From Amoebidium appalachense (Eukaryota; Protista; Ichthyosporea), in contig CAVNZM010000014.1 in the NCBI GenBank assembly GCA_963693365.1, positions 2,232,001 through 2,296,000 on the forward strand: a stretch of DNA of 64,000 nucleotides, written 5' to 3'. Positions 62,531 to 64,000 of the stretch are shown here, piece by piece (position 1 is the first letter of the stretch; each line of letters begins with the position of its first letter). The notes under the pieces were generated by a model that did not search any database, had not been told where the DNA came from, and saw only the letters and a list, made by a program, of their open reading frames with translations. Position numbers and translations under genes: made by a program.

Positions 62531-63069
62531 CGAGCATGATGGTGCTTTTTGTGGTGGTGGTATTAAATTAAATATTTAGCGTGTGTCTATTTGTCGACCT
62601 CTCCATTTTTTTAATTTTTATTTTATTTATTTGTTTGTTTAGAGCAGAACCGCCATTTTCGACCATATGCACGATATGCCACACACAGTATAGACCGTGT
62701 AAACCAATACAGTATGGTGGAGGAATTTATTAGAATGTGGTATGAGTATGCCTAACCCTAGATATTTGATTCAAAACACTCCATAATTCACCATGCACGT
62801 GCACCAACCTTCCTCACACACCAACCTGTGAGGAAGGCGGCGCGGAGGGAGAGAGATAGGGAGGGAGAGAGAGAGTGTGTGTATTTAAAGGTTTTCCCTT
62901 TTGGGGGGGGGAAGGGGGGGGGGGGGGGGGGGGAAGGGGGGATGTGGGAAAGTTTGTTATGGCTTCTCTTTGAGGGGATTAGATGGAGGGAGTTGGAGAG
63001 GCACCAGTGGGGTTGGTTTTTTTTTGTTTTCTTTTTTCTTTTTTTTTTTTGTTTGTTTGTTTGTTTGTT

Positions 63070-63124
<55 letters not shown>

Positions 63125-63261
63125 GACCGTCGTTGGTTCTCGCTCAACCTTAGACTGCTAGAATGTTGTTTTGCTGGGAGGGTGGATGTGTTGGGCCGTG
63201 GGTGGTCATAATAGGTCGGTAGGGGTGGGGGAGGTGTGGGTGCTTGTGGTTGTTGTGGGGA

Positions 63262-63305
<44 letters not shown>

Positions 63306-63422
63306 GCTATGATGATTATCAGTACCGGTAAAGAGGATGGAGGTTTGGGATGAAAGGAAGGGCGTGAGGGTGGCAGTGGTGTTGGGTATTGGTTGTGTGT
63401 GCATGTGTTTGGGGGGAGAGAT

Positions 63423-63455
<33 letters not shown>

Positions 63456-63456
63456 A

Positions 63457-63489
<33 letters not shown>

Positions 63490-63892
63490 CCTTCTCTCTT
63501 CATAACTGATCATTTTTATTATACGTCACACAGAAAACCTGCCGCATCTGGGGTGGGACCCAGAGTTCTTTGCAGCCGGTGTAGCCATTTGTGTGGTGCA
63601 AATTGTCATCGGGCGATTCATATATGTTGCTGTGACAGAACAAGACGAACCGGAAGACTTGCAAGAAAAACAAGAAAGGGAAAAGGTTGTAATGAGCAAC
63701 GAGAAGGGTGGAACAGAGGATGTACACACTGAGGAAAACGGGGTTGAAGGCAAGGAGGAAGAGGTTGAAAAGGTGAAAGGGGACGGTGAGTTGGAGAGCA
63801 ACGGACAAACGGTGGATTCAAAGCCTAAAGAACAAGAAGTAGGGGAGGTGTCTGCGGCGAGGGTAAGAGATGTGGAAAAGAAAACACAATAG
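60712..63892 (+). CDS. VMA21: V-ATPase assembly factor VMA21, 3 exons, ~161 aa
   Basis: Exons 60712-60737 (start inferred), 61428-61528 and 63534-63892 join in phase. TM1 is AIKQLLIHTVLMGALPIMSYY; TM2 is FFAAGVAICVVQIVIGRFIYVAVTE; the C-terminus has an ER-retrieval KKxx (KKTQ). Confidence 0.8.
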
Positions 63893-64000
63893 GTTTGTTT
63901 ACGCAACAAGAGGTTTTTTTTTTTTTGTTTTTTTTTTTGTGGCCAAAGGGTCTGCTGGTACAGACCGTGGCTTTTCGTCGATAATGATGCCATAATTCAC

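Overview
This is eukaryotic nuclear DNA, not prokaryotic. It is intron-rich and saturated with (CA/TG)n, (GA/TC)n, (AT)n and poly-G/C tracts, so almost all entries in the ORF track are microsatellite artefacts. The gene content (Gemin6, TIPE/TNFAIP8, VAMP7, VMA21, otubain) suggests an opisthokont or holozoan protist, possibly an ichthyosporean; that is inference only. Hand-splicing of GT-AG exons supports about 9 genes: a ricin-B lectin 3' end, an EF-hand plus TM protein, Gemin6 (middle exon triplicated), an ICME-like alpha/beta esterase, an orphan 195-aa ORF, a 10-exon ~1024-aa otubain (peptidase C65) with tandem UIMs and a coiled-coil tail, a TIPE-family protein, VAMP7 and VMA21. There are also orphan DTW-domain exon fragments and several non-autonomous transposon-like remnants. 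Most notable: (1) a recurring intron pattern, with a C-run just after the 5' donor and (AC)n in place of a polypyrimidine tract at the 3' acceptor; (2) a ~360-bp palindrome abutting a splice acceptor; (3) a pre-miRNA-like hairpin; (4) a ~1.5-kb non-coding palindrome-rich element with a perfect 13-6-13 inverted repeat; (5) an intronic repeat-spacer-like array. No CRISPR, tRNA or rRNA gene is supportable. Family calls come from recognised motifs, not database searches. Homopolymer lengths may be unreliable.
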